In this document: positions 43,877-54,684 of the stretch, piece after piece
How the letters are laid out: the number at the start of each line of letters is the position of its first letter
Numbering within the stretch: the stretch's first letter is position 1
NCBI GenBank assembly: GCA_016214885.1
Contig: JACRMP010000005.1
Span: forward strand, 134,725 to 198,724
From: Candidatus Gottesmanbacteria bacterium
Lineage (GTDB): Bacteria; Patescibacteriota; Microgenomatia; UBA10105; UBA927
Length of the DNA stretch: 64,000 bases
Reading direction: 5' to 3'
The notes under the pieces: model-generated
Told to the model about the DNA's origin: nothing
Seen by the model: only the letters and a program-made list of their open reading frames with translations
Databases searched by the model: none
Position numbers and translations under genes: made by a program

Positions 43877-45643
43877 ATGTATAAACGCATGACACGAATG
43901 ATAGGTAGTTTTATTGAAACGGTGGGCGTGTTTGTAAAGAAGTATTTTTTGGTAGCCGCGCTATTTTTTATTTTAACCGTTATTGTGACTTACCCCCTTG
44001 TTAACAATGTTTTGACCAGAATACCCGGTTATGGTGACGCTTTAACATACCTTTGGACTCTGTGGTGGTTTCATCACGCTGTGGCCGTTCTTCACCAAAA
44101 TCCCCTATTCACGAATTTTCAATTCTATCCTGAAGCCATCAATATTTCACAGGATGTGTCATTGCTGCATGGAGTGTATGCACTCCCCATCATTTCCTGG
44201 CTTGGTGTATATGCCGGATATAATGCCGTTATATTTTTTACGTACGTTGTTACCGGTCTTGGATTCTATATATTTTTCCGGTCACTAATAATTAGCAAAA
44301 CCGCGGCATTTATAGGTTCGTGTCTATTTACCTTTTCCTATTACCGTAACATTCGTGTTACGGAAGGTCATGTGGATATTGCATCTACAGAATGGTATGG
44401 TTTTGTTTTATACTTTTTGACCGCAATATTTTATTTCGGAAAAAATTCAAGAAGAAATATTTTTGGCGCCGCGCTATTTTTGTCGCTATGTGCTTATACG
44501 GAGTACAGAAATTTTTTTTATATCGCGTTATTTTTCGGATTATTTGTTCTGGTCTCAACAATCGTACAGATGGCTAGGTCCAAAAGACATGAGGTAAAAG
44601 CGCTTCTTATAGCGCAAACGGAATCTTTTATTTCCGTTGCACTTATCGTCTGGTTTATGCTTTTGCCGTTATTTATCATTAACCTAAGTAAGATTGGAGA
44701 TGTCCAGTACGCACCTACATATCCAAGTTTTAACGCATACGCGCCTGCGTTTATACTCCCTCCATGTAGTACTCATCTTGGGCAAATATTACCGCGGTGT
44801 TTCTCTTCTCCAGTATACGAAGGCGGCATGGTGTATCTGGGTATAACATCCGTTTTATTTTCCCTTTATTACCTTATTTTGAGAAGCAGAAAGCGAGATT
44901 GGGGAATCGTTATGCTGTTCGGATCCCTCATTGTTATATTTATATTGCTTTCTCTCGGTACCAAAACACCGTTATATTCCTGGCTATTTGATAATATGCC
45001 GCTTTTTAAGGTTGTCCGGGTGCCAAGCCGGCTCGTTGTGTTGGTGGGCGCATGTTTGTCGGTTATCAGTGCGATGGGTGTTCACGCAATGCTTCAGCGG
45101 AGTGCTGCGCCGCAACGACTCATGATAATAGTGTTCGCTACGATACTTTTTATTGCTGAGGGGGCGGTATCAAACGAGAAATATGTATACGATAGCGCGG
45201 GAGTGTCACCGCACCTTGCTGTATTAGAAGCAAGCAATTCCTATTCGTTATTAGAAATTCCGTTTGGTTTTAGAGGAAACATATATGAAACATTCGGTTC
45301 CCATAATACCGGTCAGAGTTTTTATTATCAGATGAGACATCAAATTCCGTTAATCGGCGGCTACATGTCCATGATTGATTTCAGCACATGGAGAAATATC
45401 AGCGAAGATTCGTTGTTAATAAAGCTTGTTAATTGCCAGGAAATATCCGTGTGCGAGCCGTTAAGTGATATAGAAAAACAGGCATTCAGTCAAAAATATA
45501 AAGTAAAATACGTATCATTTTTATCCAATAATTATATGCATCTTGAACAGTATCTAAAGAGTAACTTAAATCTACAAGTAGTATACCGTGACGGGACAAA
45601 GGCTGTGTTCCAAAATTCTTCATTGGTTGCTGACGCTGATTGA
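43877..45643 (+). CDS. GT-C superfamily (YfhO-like) membrane glycosyltransferase
   Basis: TYP...GD...YLW-x-LWW...NPLFT..FYP, about 12 TM helices, YLG, RVPSR, YYQ..H..P.IGGY. Confidence 0.72.
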   Translation: MYKRMTRMIGSFIETVGVFVKKYFLVAALFFILTVIVTYPLVNNVLTRIPGYGDALTYLWTLWWFHHAVAVLHQNPLFTNFQFYPEAINISQDVSLLHGVYALPIISWLGVYAGYNAVIFFTYVVTGLGFYIFFRSLIISKTAAFIGSCLFTFSYYRNIRVTEGHVDIASTEWYGFVLYFLTAIFYFGKNSRRNIFGAALFLSLCAYTEYRNFFYIALFFGLFVLVSTIVQMARSKRHEVKALLIAQTESFISVALIVWFMLLPLFIINLSKIGDVQYAPTYPSFNAYAPAFILPPCSTHLGQILPRCFSSPVYEGGMVYLGITSVLFSLYYLILRSRKRDWGIVMLFGSLIVIFILLSLGTKTPLYSWLFDNMPLFKVVRVPSRLVVLVGACLSVISAMGVHAMLQRSAAPQRLMIIVFATILFIAEGAVSNEKYVYDSAGVSPHLAVLEASNSYSLLEIPFGFRGNIYETFGSHNTGQSFYYQMRHQIPLIGGYMSMIDFSTWRNISEDSLLIKLVNCQEISVCEPLSDIEKQAFSQKYKVKYVSFLSNNYMHLEQYLKSNLNLQVVYRDGTKAVFQNSSLVADAD

Positions 45644-45764
45644 TTGTAGCGCGGGTCTGTTGCGGTGATGCGGTAAGTTGGGGTTCCCCCACAGAAAATA
45701 TACACTGGCATTAATTTCAGTCTTGCTCTATCCTAGAGGCATTATTGGAGCCCCGTGTATCAAT

Positions 45765-46892
45765 ATGCGTGTGATGATCTACCGTGATTATAAAGAAGAA
45801 GGCTGGGAAAGCATGCAGGTGTATGCTGATAATTTGGCTACCTCCCTGCGCAGGATGACCAAAAAATTGCGGGTAGATGAATTTGTTGCGTTCCCCACTC
45901 TGTCGCAGCATCTTGCGCGCGACAATAAATTATTCCGGTATGTATTCAGATTTGCCGTTAACCCCCTCTTCGCACCCCGGCATCAGGGTGATGTAAATCA
46001 TATTATCGATCAGGCAAACGCACACCTTCTTGCCGTTTTGGATCCGAAGAAAACCATAGTTACCTGCCATGATCTTATTGTCCCCTATTGGGTTATGCAT
46101 AATGTGCATCCCCAGACTTACAAAAAAAGGATAAAACGAATTGTTGAATTGTGGAGAATTGGTTATTTGAAAAAAGCGGCAAGAATTATCGCCGTCTCCC
46201 ACGCAACCAAGAAGGAAATCATTGATACGATCGGAATAAATCCAGAAAAAATTGCGGTAGTGCCTGAAGGCGTTGATGAAATTTTTACCGCACCTTTATT
46301 GGCCGCAGAACTTCGGTCTGTCCGGCTCCGTTACGCGTTGCCGGAGCGATACGTGCTTCATGTGGGTACAACGCATGAGTACAAAAATATGGAAGGGCTT
46401 TTAAAAGCCGTGGCTCATTTGCGGAGGAATGACCGCTCTTTGAAGCTGGTGAAGGTAGGTACCCCTTGGACCAGATCTCAGAGCCGGCTGATCGATAAGC
46501 TTTTGTTAGCGCCACACATTTCCCATCTCGGCTTTGTTCCGAAAGAGGATCTCCCCGGTATTTATGCTTCTGCCCTGTCGCTCATTCACCCTTCATATAC
46601 CGAAGGGTTCGGGTTTACCGTCCTAGAGGCAATGGCAGCAGGGTGTCCCGTAATTGTTTCGGATATTCCGGCACTTCGGGAAATGGCCGGCGCAGCCGGA
46701 ATATACATTAATCCGGCAATTACCGTTTCAGATATCCGAAGAATTTATTCAGCGATTCATTCGTCACAAAAACGAGCACGCTTAAAAAGTTTGGGCAGGA
46801 AACGCGCCACCTATTTTTCTTGGAGCCGAACCGCGAAACTAACCGATGCCATTTACCGTGAGGTAGCGGCGCAACAAAGGAAAAACCCATGA
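45765..46892 (+). CDS. Glycosyltransferase family 4
   Basis: VTCHDL, IIAVSHATK, VGT...YKN, EGFGFTVLEAMAAGCPVI, FSWSRTA. Likely start 45765. Confidence 0.9.
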   Translation: MRVMIYRDYKEEGWESMQVYADNLATSLRRMTKKLRVDEFVAFPTLSQHLARDNKLFRYVFRFAVNPLFAPRHQGDVNHIIDQANAHLLAVLDPKKTIVTCHDLIVPYWVMHNVHPQTYKKRIKRIVELWRIGYLKKAARIIAVSHATKKEIIDTIGINPEKIAVVPEGVDEIFTAPLLAAELRSVRLRYALPERYVLHVGTTHEYKNMEGLLKAVAHLRRNDRSLKLVKVGTPWTRSQSRLIDKLLLAPHISHLGFVPKEDLPGIYASALSLIHPSYTEGFGFTVLEAMAAGCPVIVSDIPALREMAGAAGIYINPAITVSDIRRIYSAIHSSQKRARLKSLGRKRATYFSWSRTAKLTDAIYREVAAQQRKNP

Positions 46893-48064
46893 ATATTGTT
46901 TTTGTTTCTCTTTATTCTCCCATTACTTATCTTGGCGGAGCGGAAATACTTACGCTGGTTTTGGCAGAGTCACTCGTGAAGCTTGGTCATCATGTCATTA
47001 TATATACGGCGGGAACAGGACGAAGGAATATGTTAAGAGGTGTAGTTATACAGGAAACGCCACTGTTTATGTTTCCTCTGAGATTTCGTGCCACCCTTCT
47101 CCCGCTATATTCACTGGTATTGGGTGCATTTTTTTCATTGAACCGGGATTTTCGCAATGCCGATATTGTTCATGCGATTGACAGCGGAGCAATCGTACTT
47201 TTATCAGGCTGGGGATTTCTCCGGGAAAAATTTGTTGCCACTATTCAGGATTACTCGCTTATCTGGCCGACGAAGGATTATTTTTCATTAGGAAGATCAA
47301 AAAGAACCCCGTTGTCATTTGCCGGAGTTCTCACCCGTATGATCCGTAAAACAGTTAGTCTGAGCGCAGCGCGCCGGTTGCGGTATGCAGTTTGTGTGAG
47401 TGAGTACGTCGCTAGCAAATTCAGGGCAGTAAATTCTAAAACAAATATTACTGTTATTGGTAATTGTGTTTCGCCTGATTGGGAAAAGCAGGTGGCCACC
47501 GCCCCGCGAGATATTGATATTCTTTATGTCGGTAAATTAATGCCATATAAAGGCCTTGATGTGCTTCTTTCGTCACTACGACGCCTATCAGATATGCGCA
47601 CATTATCGGTGGTGATTGTCGGGGAGGGGCTTATGCCGCGCTATAAGAATCAAGCGGTGCGGATTGGCATATCCCGCCATGTTACGTTTACCGGCCCTAT
47701 TCCTTACCTGGATATCCGCAGGTTTTACCAGAGGTCAAAAATAGTTGTGTCTCCCTCTATCTGGCCGGAACCATGCGGCAGGTCAATTATTGAGGCAATG
47801 TGGTTGGGGTGTGCGGTGGTGGCAACCAATGTCGGCGGAACTCCTGAATCACTGATCGATGGTATTCATGGATATCTGGTTGATCCGGGAAAGCCGTCTG
47901 AAATAGCAATTGCTTGTGGGAAGCTGTTACGAAATACCAAAAAGCGCAATACATTCGGGGAGGAAGCCGCAAGATATGCGCATAAGAATTATTCATCGGA
48001 TCGGATCGCAAAAGAATATTTGCGTTTCTACAGCTTGATAAAATCAGGCCAGTTGATAATATAG
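46889..48064 (+). CDS. Glycosyltransferase family 4
   Basis: GGAE, YVGKLMPYKG, PSIWPEPCGRSIIEAM, TNVGGTPE. Confidence 0.9.
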   Translation: MNIVFVSLYSPITYLGGAEILTLVLAESLVKLGHHVIIYTAGTGRRNMLRGVVIQETPLFMFPLRFRATLLPLYSLVLGAFFSLNRDFRNADIVHAIDSGAIVLLSGWGFLREKFVATIQDYSLIWPTKDYFSLGRSKRTPLSFAGVLTRMIRKTVSLSAARRLRYAVCVSEYVASKFRAVNSKTNITVIGNCVSPDWEKQVATAPRDIDILYVGKLMPYKGLDVLLSSLRRLSDMRTLSVVIVGEGLMPRYKNQAVRIGISRHVTFTGPIPYLDIRRFYQRSKIVVSPSIWPEPCGRSIIEAMWLGCAVVATNVGGTPESLIDGIHGYLVDPGKPSEIAIACGKLLRNTKKRNTFGEEAARYAHKNYSSDRIAKEYLRFYSLIKSGQLII

Positions 48065-48070
48065 GGAGAT

Positions 48071-48886
48071 ATGAAAAATCCACTACGACTTTTCCGGCAA
48101 AAAAAGGCTCTTACGTTTGTGATAATAGGAATTGTCGGACTTATTCTTGCGGGATTGGCGAGCTATCAAGTTGTTACGCAAAAACCTACGTTTGTTACCG
48201 TGAGAATAAAAGGGAGCCCCGGTAATTGGTGGTGGGTCACTCCCCGGCCGCCCGATTGGCTAGCAAATTCAGTACACGCGGGAGACAAAGAATATAACGC
48301 ATCAAATAAAGCAATTGCCGAAGTGTTAGCGGTTGATATTTATGATGCCGGCGGTCCTACAAAAGATATATATCTTACGACAAAATTAGATGTCCGTTAT
48401 AACACAAAAACGAAAAAATACCGGTATAAAGGTGAACCTTTGGAAATTGGAGGGCCGATTAGCTTAAGTCTCGGGAGCACTTTTTTCCCCGGAATGGTTG
48501 TGGGTATTTCCGGTGAGGGAACCGTTGCTCCGGAATATAAAGATTTGATTATCCAGGTGCGTCACAAGGATCGTTGGCCATACGAATATGACGCGATAAA
48601 AATCGGCGAAAAGATTGTTGACGGAAACAATCAGCCGATTGCCGAGATTATTGCTAAGTCTCAGTCGCCCGCCATAAGAGAAGTGCAAACGCTCGCTGGT
48701 CAGGTCGTCAAAGGGCTCAGTCCGGTGTTAAATGATTATTATGTAACCATAAGAATTCGCGCAGAGGAACAGGATGGGCAATTTATATACCGCGAGGAAC
48801 AGTATATAAAGGTAGGAAATCAAATGTGGTTGTTGTTCCCCAGTTATAATATGAGCGGCGCACATATTATAGCTATTGAAAAATGA
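48071..48886 (+). CDS. DUF4330-like membrane-anchored protein with two beta-rich repeats
   Basis: N-terminal TM; repeats GDKE...AEVL...KDIYLT and GEKI...AEII...NDYYVT. Confidence 0.6.
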   Translation: MKNPLRLFRQKKALTFVIIGIVGLILAGLASYQVVTQKPTFVTVRIKGSPGNWWWVTPRPPDWLANSVHAGDKEYNASNKAIAEVLAVDIYDAGGPTKDIYLTTKLDVRYNTKTKKYRYKGEPLEIGGPISLSLGSTFFPGMVVGISGEGTVAPEYKDLIIQVRHKDRWPYEYDAIKIGEKIVDGNNQPIAEIIAKSQSPAIREVQTLAGQVVKGLSPVLNDYYVTIRIRAEEQDGQFIYREEQYIKVGNQMWLLFPSYNMSGAHIIAIEK

Positions 48887-48889
48887 TTC

Positions 48890-50437
48890 ATGGACAATAC
48901 CGCTACCTATCCTGATATATATGAGCAGGGCCGCTTTGGATTGCAGCTCCAGATGCCCAGCTACCAAACCGAGTTTCCCCACGATCTTCCCTTTGATCCC
49001 GGTGCGACGAGCAGTCTTTTTGAGCTTAATTATTTCCCCTCAACCGCATCAAGGCTATTGCTTTTGATTCCCATTGCGCTGGTGCTGCTTGTATTTTTTT
49101 TCCGGAAACACATCCAGAGCGGGTTCGGGCATATCGGCTTTCTGATAGGAATGATACTTGTTTTTTTTGGTCCCCTGCGACTGCCGTCGTTTTTTCCGTT
49201 TAACACAACTTTAGGACTGGTTAAAGCAATCGGACTATTGCTCACGGGATATGCAGCGGTACTTTACGTATTGAAGCGTGTTAAGTTCGATCTCTTTGAG
49301 ATCCCCTCTCTTGCCCGGGTCGGCGTCTATATTATCAGCTTATTATTATCGGTATTTGTGATGACAAACCCTTCTTTTTTTATTGCTGACTTCGGCATAG
49401 TACTAACCGGCGTGCTGTTTTTTATCCTGGGATTTATTTATTTTACCTGGAGTACGGCCGGACTACTCATTACCACCTGGGCAAGACTGTTGGCTATTGC
49501 TGGCATAATTGTACTTACAATATTCATTGATCGAGGTGTCGGTGCGGAAATCATTTCATTATTGTTTCAGAAGTATGAGAATTTTGTATTCCTGCACGAT
49601 CTTTCCCGCGGGAGAATATTTTCCATTATCGACTTTGAATATTTTATTCCCTGCGTTGCCATTTTTATTGTCGGGTTTAGGCTAAATAAACAGCGCCGGT
49701 CGATTCTGGAATATTATATTTTTACCACAATGTCATTCGTTGCAATTCTTCTAGTGAATTATCGGTACCGGTTTCTTACCTATGTATTGGGTTTAATTTC
49801 AATTTCATTGTTTACCAAAACAATGGCAAAAGCTATCAGAAAACATACTATAATTCTTCTTGTTATTTTAAGCACATTATATTTCGGTTACTCGATTGCG
49901 TTTTTTAGAAGCACAATCCTCGACCGTTTCCTGGTAAGGAATTATTCTGAAGACCAGGTTAGTATTGACCGGCGCCTTGTTATGTATCAGCAGGCGTGGG
50001 AGCTTTTCCAGGAGCGTCCAATTTTGGGAGTAGGCCTGGGGAATTATAAAGACAATGTGCAGATAGTTTATTCCCGGTTTGGCGGGAGAACGTATGAGCC
50101 GTATTATAAGATTTTACAAAACGTATATGCATATCCCCATAACTGGTTTTTGACCGTGTTGGCAGAAAACGGCATTGTGGGATTTGTTGTTTTGATGTGG
50201 ATGCTTGGGATGTTTTTGGTTATGGATATAAGGCTTTATCAGAAGCTCGCTGGTGACCGTCTTCTGGTTTTTGTGACACTTAGTACCATTGGTTGGCTAT
50301 ATGTGTTTGCCAATCTGTTTACCATGATGCACGTGTCGCTTCCTATGGTGATAGTGTTTTGGGCGTGCAGAGGTATGATAGAGAGGATTCATCATGAAGT
50401 ATTCCCCCAGGGAAGAAAACTTAGTGCCCCAAGATAA
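48890..50437 (+). CDS. O-antigen ligase / Wzy-like membrane protein
   Basis: Many TM helices; RRLVMYQQAWELFQERPILGVGLGNY...PHNWFLTVLAENGIVG. Confidence 0.85.
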   Translation: MDNTATYPDIYEQGRFGLQLQMPSYQTEFPHDLPFDPGATSSLFELNYFPSTASRLLLLIPIALVLLVFFFRKHIQSGFGHIGFLIGMILVFFGPLRLPSFFPFNTTLGLVKAIGLLLTGYAAVLYVLKRVKFDLFEIPSLARVGVYIISLLLSVFVMTNPSFFIADFGIVLTGVLFFILGFIYFTWSTAGLLITTWARLLAIAGIIVLTIFIDRGVGAEIISLLFQKYENFVFLHDLSRGRIFSIIDFEYFIPCVAIFIVGFRLNKQRRSILEYYIFTTMSFVAILLVNYRYRFLTYVLGLISISLFTKTMAKAIRKHTIILLVILSTLYFGYSIAFFRSTILDRFLVRNYSEDQVSIDRRLVMYQQAWELFQERPILGVGLGNYKDNVQIVYSRFGGRTYEPYYKILQNVYAYPHNWFLTVLAENGIVGFVVLMWMLGMFLVMDIRLYQKLAGDRLLVFVTLSTIGWLYVFANLFTMMHVSLPMVIVFWACRGMIERIHHEVFPQGRKLSAPR

Positions 50438-51697
50438 TTACAGAAGGCGTTTTTGTTTCACCAACACCGCACTACCGATCGATTCCCCTACCCATCCCCA
50501 CAATACAGCCGTTGCTAACCCAACGCCATCCATATCTTTTGCGATAAAAAATAATACTCCAATATTTATTGATGCGCGCAGCACGGTAAGGAAAAGGTTC
50601 TCTTTTGTGTGTCCTGCCATATCAAGAAGTTGCCGGTTTGGCCACGCGATAAGGGCGTAAACAGCGTGTGCGGCAACCAGAATAAATAATATATGATTGG
50701 CAGGGCTGTAGAGTGTGCCAAAGATCATTGATATGATTGGCGCACCGTACGCAAAAAGAATCCCGGAAGGAACGAGCACTGAAACGCCAAGCCACAGCAT
50801 CAGTGTTTTATATATTGACCAAACGGATTTTTTTTGTGCATGTACGCGGCTTGCTGCAGGCAAAAACACAGACAATACCATTTGTGGAACGATATGAGTG
50901 AGCGCAGCGAGTGAAACAGCGGCTGCATAAAATCCCACTGCATCACCACTGCCTTCCGCACGGATGACGTAAAGTAGTCCTATATTTATTGCTGCCGTAA
51001 TGATCTCCGAAAGGCTTACCGGGAGGGTAAAGTTCAGGAATCCGATGGATAGCTGCGGTGTAAATCGTTTGATGACGGACAATTTGACCAATATAAATAG
51101 ATTAATGACGGCCGCAAGGAGCGTGCCCGCCGTATACCCGATTAATGCACCGATTATCCCCCAACGGAGCACCAGCATGCCGATGATAGTAAAGACAAAC
51201 CTCAGCACCATGTCGTTAGCCTCGGTTACATACGATAACCTGACGCGTAAAAGTCCAAGAAGAATGCCTTTCACAAGAAGGGTTGCTGTAGAACCGATGA
51301 ATCCGAACGAGAGTATGCGAAGATATGGCGCTGCATGCTTTGCGTGGATAAGAATGCCGATGGAGTCTGCATGGAAGTAAAGAATGATGCCGACAATACA
51401 CGATGAGACGCCCATGATGGTTATTGCGGAGGCGATTATGGAGTACCTGGCATCTGATTGTGATTTTTTCTCCAGAAAAGAAATAAACCGCGTCACGCTC
51501 ATCGGAATACCGAGGGCGGCTATCGTGGTCAATCCAAGAAAAGTTGAAGTGGCAAGATAATAGTCCCCGAAGTCAGCGACACCAAGCCGGGACACGAAAA
51601 TTTTAAGAATAAAATTAAGCAGCTTTGATCCTCCCAAGATGAGAACGCCCAGTGAAATGCTAGTGACAAAAGACGCAATGAGATCGTTTTTTTTCAC
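50438..51697 (-). CDS. wzx: Wzx-type oligosaccharide flippase
   Basis: SRLGVADFGDY, LGIP.SVTRFIS, VGFYAAA, FLPAASR; about 12 TM helices. Confidence 0.85.
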   Translation of the reverse strand: MKKNDLIASFVTSISLGVLILGGSKLLNFILKIFVSRLGVADFGDYYLATSTFLGLTTIAALGIPMSVTRFISFLEKKSQSDARYSIIASAITIMGVSSCIVGIILYFHADSIGILIHAKHAAPYLRILSFGFIGSTATLLVKGILLGLLRVRLSYVTEANDMVLRFVFTIIGMLVLRWGIIGALIGYTAGTLLAAVINLFILVKLSVIKRFTPQLSIGFLNFTLPVSLSEIITAAINIGLLYVIRAEGSGDAVGFYAAAVSLAALTHIVPQMVLSVFLPAASRVHAQKKSVWSIYKTLMLWLGVSVLVPSGILFAYGAPIISMIFGTLYSPANHILFILVAAHAVYALIAWPNRQLLDMAGHTKENLFLTVLRASINIGVLFFIAKDMDGVGLATAVLWGWVGESIGSAVLVKQKRLL

Positions 51698-51743
51698 AAT
51701 GAAAAGTGTACACGCTTTTACGGGATATGACTACCGTAAGTTC

Positions 51744-52766
51744 TTATGAGGATTTCGTCGGTACCACTACTCCGAAGTCCGGCTTGTCAGGCAGCGGGAA
51801 ATGGATAGCTGCTTTGTCTTTGAACGCTTCGAGGGCCACCCGGAATATTTTTTTCCGCATCATGGACTTTGCCGTGCACACCATCCAGCAAGCGTCACAG
51901 GAAGCGACACGTTTGGCATATGTTTGATTAGCGAGGATAGTTTCCATGGACTGGGTTTTAATATTTCCCATCTTCCATGGTTTTAGATGGCATGTATATA
52001 CGCTCCCTAATGAATCCATATAAAAGAATCCTGTACCCGCATCACATACCAGCGCTCTTTTTCCTGTTTGGACGAAGGATATAAGCCTTTTGATAAACCA
52101 ACCGCGCATGAGTTCTTTTGGAGACATCCGCGTAAGATGGATTTTTGCAGCTTCTTTAAGACGGAACTCCAGTCGTTCAGGATTCTTCGGACGAAGGTTT
52201 TCTTTTCCGGAACCAAAATAGATAACTGAGTTAGTTGCTACCGTCATAGAAAACTCTACACCAAGATCGTCTGCTAATTTCTGAACCTTGGGAAGTTCAT
52301 CGACGTTTTGATCGATAAGCGTGAAGGCTATTCCGAGGTCTTTGGCACCAACTTCTTTTGCAATACGGAGCGACTCTAAGATTTTTTTATATCCTCCAGG
52401 GATTCTGCGGATGGCATCGTGTGCTTCCCCTATGCCGTCTATGGACACACGGAACGCAAAATTGGGATCTATCTCGAGTATTTTAGGAAGGTGTTTTTTG
52501 ACCATGTGCGGCATGAATCCATTGGTATTCATAATAAACCGGGCGTTTGGGGCGGCCTCCCGCATGTTGCGTACAATTTCGACGATATCCTGCCGGAGGA
52601 ATGGTTCTCCCCCGGTGATGTTTATATCCTTAAGGCTGGACGGGAGCTTTTTATAGTATTCAGCAGGGAGTTCGTTGGGTATTTTATTTTTCCAAATGTC
52701 ACACATAATGCAACGTGAGTTGCAATTGAGCGTTATGGCGATGATTGCCGATGTCGGAGCCTGCAT
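51744..52766 (-). CDS. Radical SAM / SPASM-twitch protein
   Basis: CNSRCIMC, TGGEPFLR, C-terminal CDAG...VYTC...CDACWMVC. Confidence 0.9.
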   Translation of the reverse strand: MQAPTSAIIAITLNCNSRCIMCDIWKNKIPNELPAEYYKKLPSSLKDINITGGEPFLRQDIVEIVRNMREAAPNARFIMNTNGFMPHMVKKHLPKILEIDPNFAFRVSIDGIGEAHDAIRRIPGGYKKILESLRIAKEVGAKDLGIAFTLIDQNVDELPKVQKLADDLGVEFSMTVATNSVIYFGSGKENLRPKNPERLEFRLKEAAKIHLTRMSPKELMRGWFIKRLISFVQTGKRALVCDAGTGFFYMDSLGSVYTCHLKPWKMGNIKTQSMETILANQTYAKRVASCDACWMVCTAKSMMRKKIFRVALEAFKDKAAIHFPLPDKPDFGVVVPTKSS

Positions 52767-52780
52767 AATAGACTACTGTA

Positions 52781-53455
52781 TCATATTTTTCCTATAATCC
52801 GGCGGATTAACTGTTTGAGCTTATTAAAACGACTCAAGCCGTACAGATTAAAATGATGATAATCCCACCATGGCCTTTTATCGTTGCTTATGCGCTGTAC
52901 AATGCATAGATTTGGTTGGGATACCTGCAGGAACCGGAAGTCGGGTCTATTGGAGGCGATCCAGCCCAAAACCATTCTGGTTTGCGGTAAGGATGCATCA
53001 TGAAAGAGTAAAAAGCCCCCCGGAGAAAGCAGCTTTTCCAGATAGTAGAAATCGAGAAATATACCGTCAAAAAGATGCCCCCCGTCGATAAAAGCAAAAT
53101 CGAAAACTCTTTTTTTCTTTAGCAACAAGGGCAACGCCCAGTGTGAATACCCGGCGATTAGTGTAGTGTTTTTCCAAAGTCCCAGCGCCTTCATGTTGCG
53201 TATGCCCATGTTGCCATACTTTTTCTGAAATGGGTCAATAACGGTATGCAACGCTCCCGTAGTGCCTGCAATAATAGCGGCTGAATAGCCGTATGCAAAA
53301 CCTATTTCCACGGTGCGTTTGCCCTTCCAGTTGTGGGAAATAAGAAAGTTATATAAGGCGGCCGCTTCGTCATCTGTTATGGAGATGGAGCGTTTATTTT
53401 GTGGTATCCGGATATTTCCGCGGATTTGTTCAAATGACAGTGGCGGTGTTTTCAT
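52781..53455 (-). CDS. Class I SAM-dependent methyltransferase
   Basis: VEIGFAYGYS, IDPFQ, FDFAFIDGGH, PGGFLLFHD. Confidence 0.88.
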   Translation of the reverse strand: MKTPPLSFEQIRGNIRIPQNKRSISITDDEAAALYNFLISHNWKGKRTVEIGFAYGYSAAIIAGTTGALHTVIDPFQKKYGNMGIRNMKALGLWKNTTLIAGYSHWALPLLLKKKRVFDFAFIDGGHLFDGIFLDFYYLEKLLSPGGFLLFHDASLPQTRMVLGWIASNRPDFRFLQVSQPNLCIVQRISNDKRPWWDYHHFNLYGLSRFNKLKQLIRRIIGKI

Positions 53456-53460
53456 ACAAA

Positions 53461-54684
53461 TTATCCGGCAATCCTATCATGATTAATAACAGACATCATG
53501 TAGGCAATTTTTGCCCTCCACGAATTACTCACTGCTAGTGTACGCTGTTTTTGTCTGTACGAACGCGGCCAAGTAGCGCGTACACATTCCCGTATGGCCG
53601 CAGCGAACGCTTTTGGTGTCGCCGCGATCTTAATGAGAGGCACAAGGCGTTTAAGTTCCGGTATCGGGGTTGCAACAACAGGAACCCCCATATAAAAGTA
53701 TTCATGAGTTTTGACGGGAAAACTGAAATGGTTAAAAATATGACGCACATTATATGGTGTTATACCGGCAGAAAAAGTACGCATATAGGAGGGGAGTAAT
53801 TTTCTCGGCTTGTTTCCGAGCATGAAGACATTTGGAAGGTTTGTAAGCGTGTGTATTGACGGCGTTTTTGTATTTGCTATCTGATGCCGGTAGTCATTAT
53901 CTATCGGACCGATAAATATAAATGCATAGTGCGGGAGAAGTTGAATTACTTTTTGCATAAGCGTCACATCAATTCGTTCGCTAATATTGCCGATAAATCC
54001 GATCCGCGGACCCGGGATGCTTATGATATCGCGCGGTACACGCCGAATCCCGTTCCCCATGCGGTAAGTGTCCAGGTCGAACCCTGCAGGCGTGTGATAT
54101 ACAGAGGGGTGAAGGTGTTTGAGTCTATGAAAAAGCGTTGTTGTATTTGTAAATACGTATCGAGAGCCCCGCAGTATCAGTTGTTCGCGGCGCTGCCATA
54201 ACCTGCGGAGTGACGGGACTTCCGATATAAACGCATCGAGGCAATCGTAGACTTTAATCCAACGTTTGGAGAACCATTGCGGGATGACCGCTGTTTGCAG
54301 GGAAAACATCCAGAGCACGGTGCGTTGTCTGATGCGGTATTTTTGACGGAGATAGACGCAAACTGCCCTTGTTTGTATAGCAGCAAAAAAGAAGTTTATT
54401 TCGGCAATAAACCTGATTCGCTGAAACGGGAAGACATACAGCGGTCTGAATATATATAACGAATGGTTATGGGTGAGAAGAAAACCATATTTGTGTTCCT
54501 GCAACAGTGACCGGAAAGTATAACCCTCCCCCACCAGGAAGCAAAGCACAACGTTGTCTTCCGAAAGTATCGTTGCGGTAATGCGTTCATAATCCGCTCC
54601 CCAGGCAAACGGAAGCGCAAATGGGAGGACAATAAGCCGATTCATAATCGTTGGATGTTTTGTCGGGCTGCCTGAGGTGATCAT
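53461..54684 (-). CDS. GT-B glycosyltransferase (TuaH-like)
   Basis: VYDCLD, GPRIGFIGNI..RID, FPVKTHEYF..GVPVVATP, NSW. Confidence 0.85.
   Translation of the reverse strand: MITSGSPTKHPTIMNRLIVLPFALPFAWGADYERITATILSEDNVVLCFLVGEGYTFRSLLQEHKYGFLLTHNHSLYIFRPLYVFPFQRIRFIAEINFFFAAIQTRAVCVYLRQKYRIRQRTVLWMFSLQTAVIPQWFSKRWIKVYDCLDAFISEVPSLRRLWQRREQLILRGSRYVFTNTTTLFHRLKHLHPSVYHTPAGFDLDTYRMGNGIRRVPRDIISIPGPRIGFIGNISERIDVTLMQKVIQLLPHYAFIFIGPIDNDYRHQIANTKTPSIHTLTNLPNVFMLGNKPRKLLPSYMRTFSAGITPYNVRHIFNHFSFPVKTHEYFYMGVPVVATPIPELKRLVPLIKIAATPKAFAAAIRECVRATWPRSYRQKQRTLAVSNSWRAKIAYMMSVINHDRIAG

Noticed and set aside
45644-45764. Possible riboswitch or ops/JUMPstart element in the glycan operon gap
   Set aside because: Only short hairpins and an imperfect GCGGTAAG; no match to a family I can recognise.
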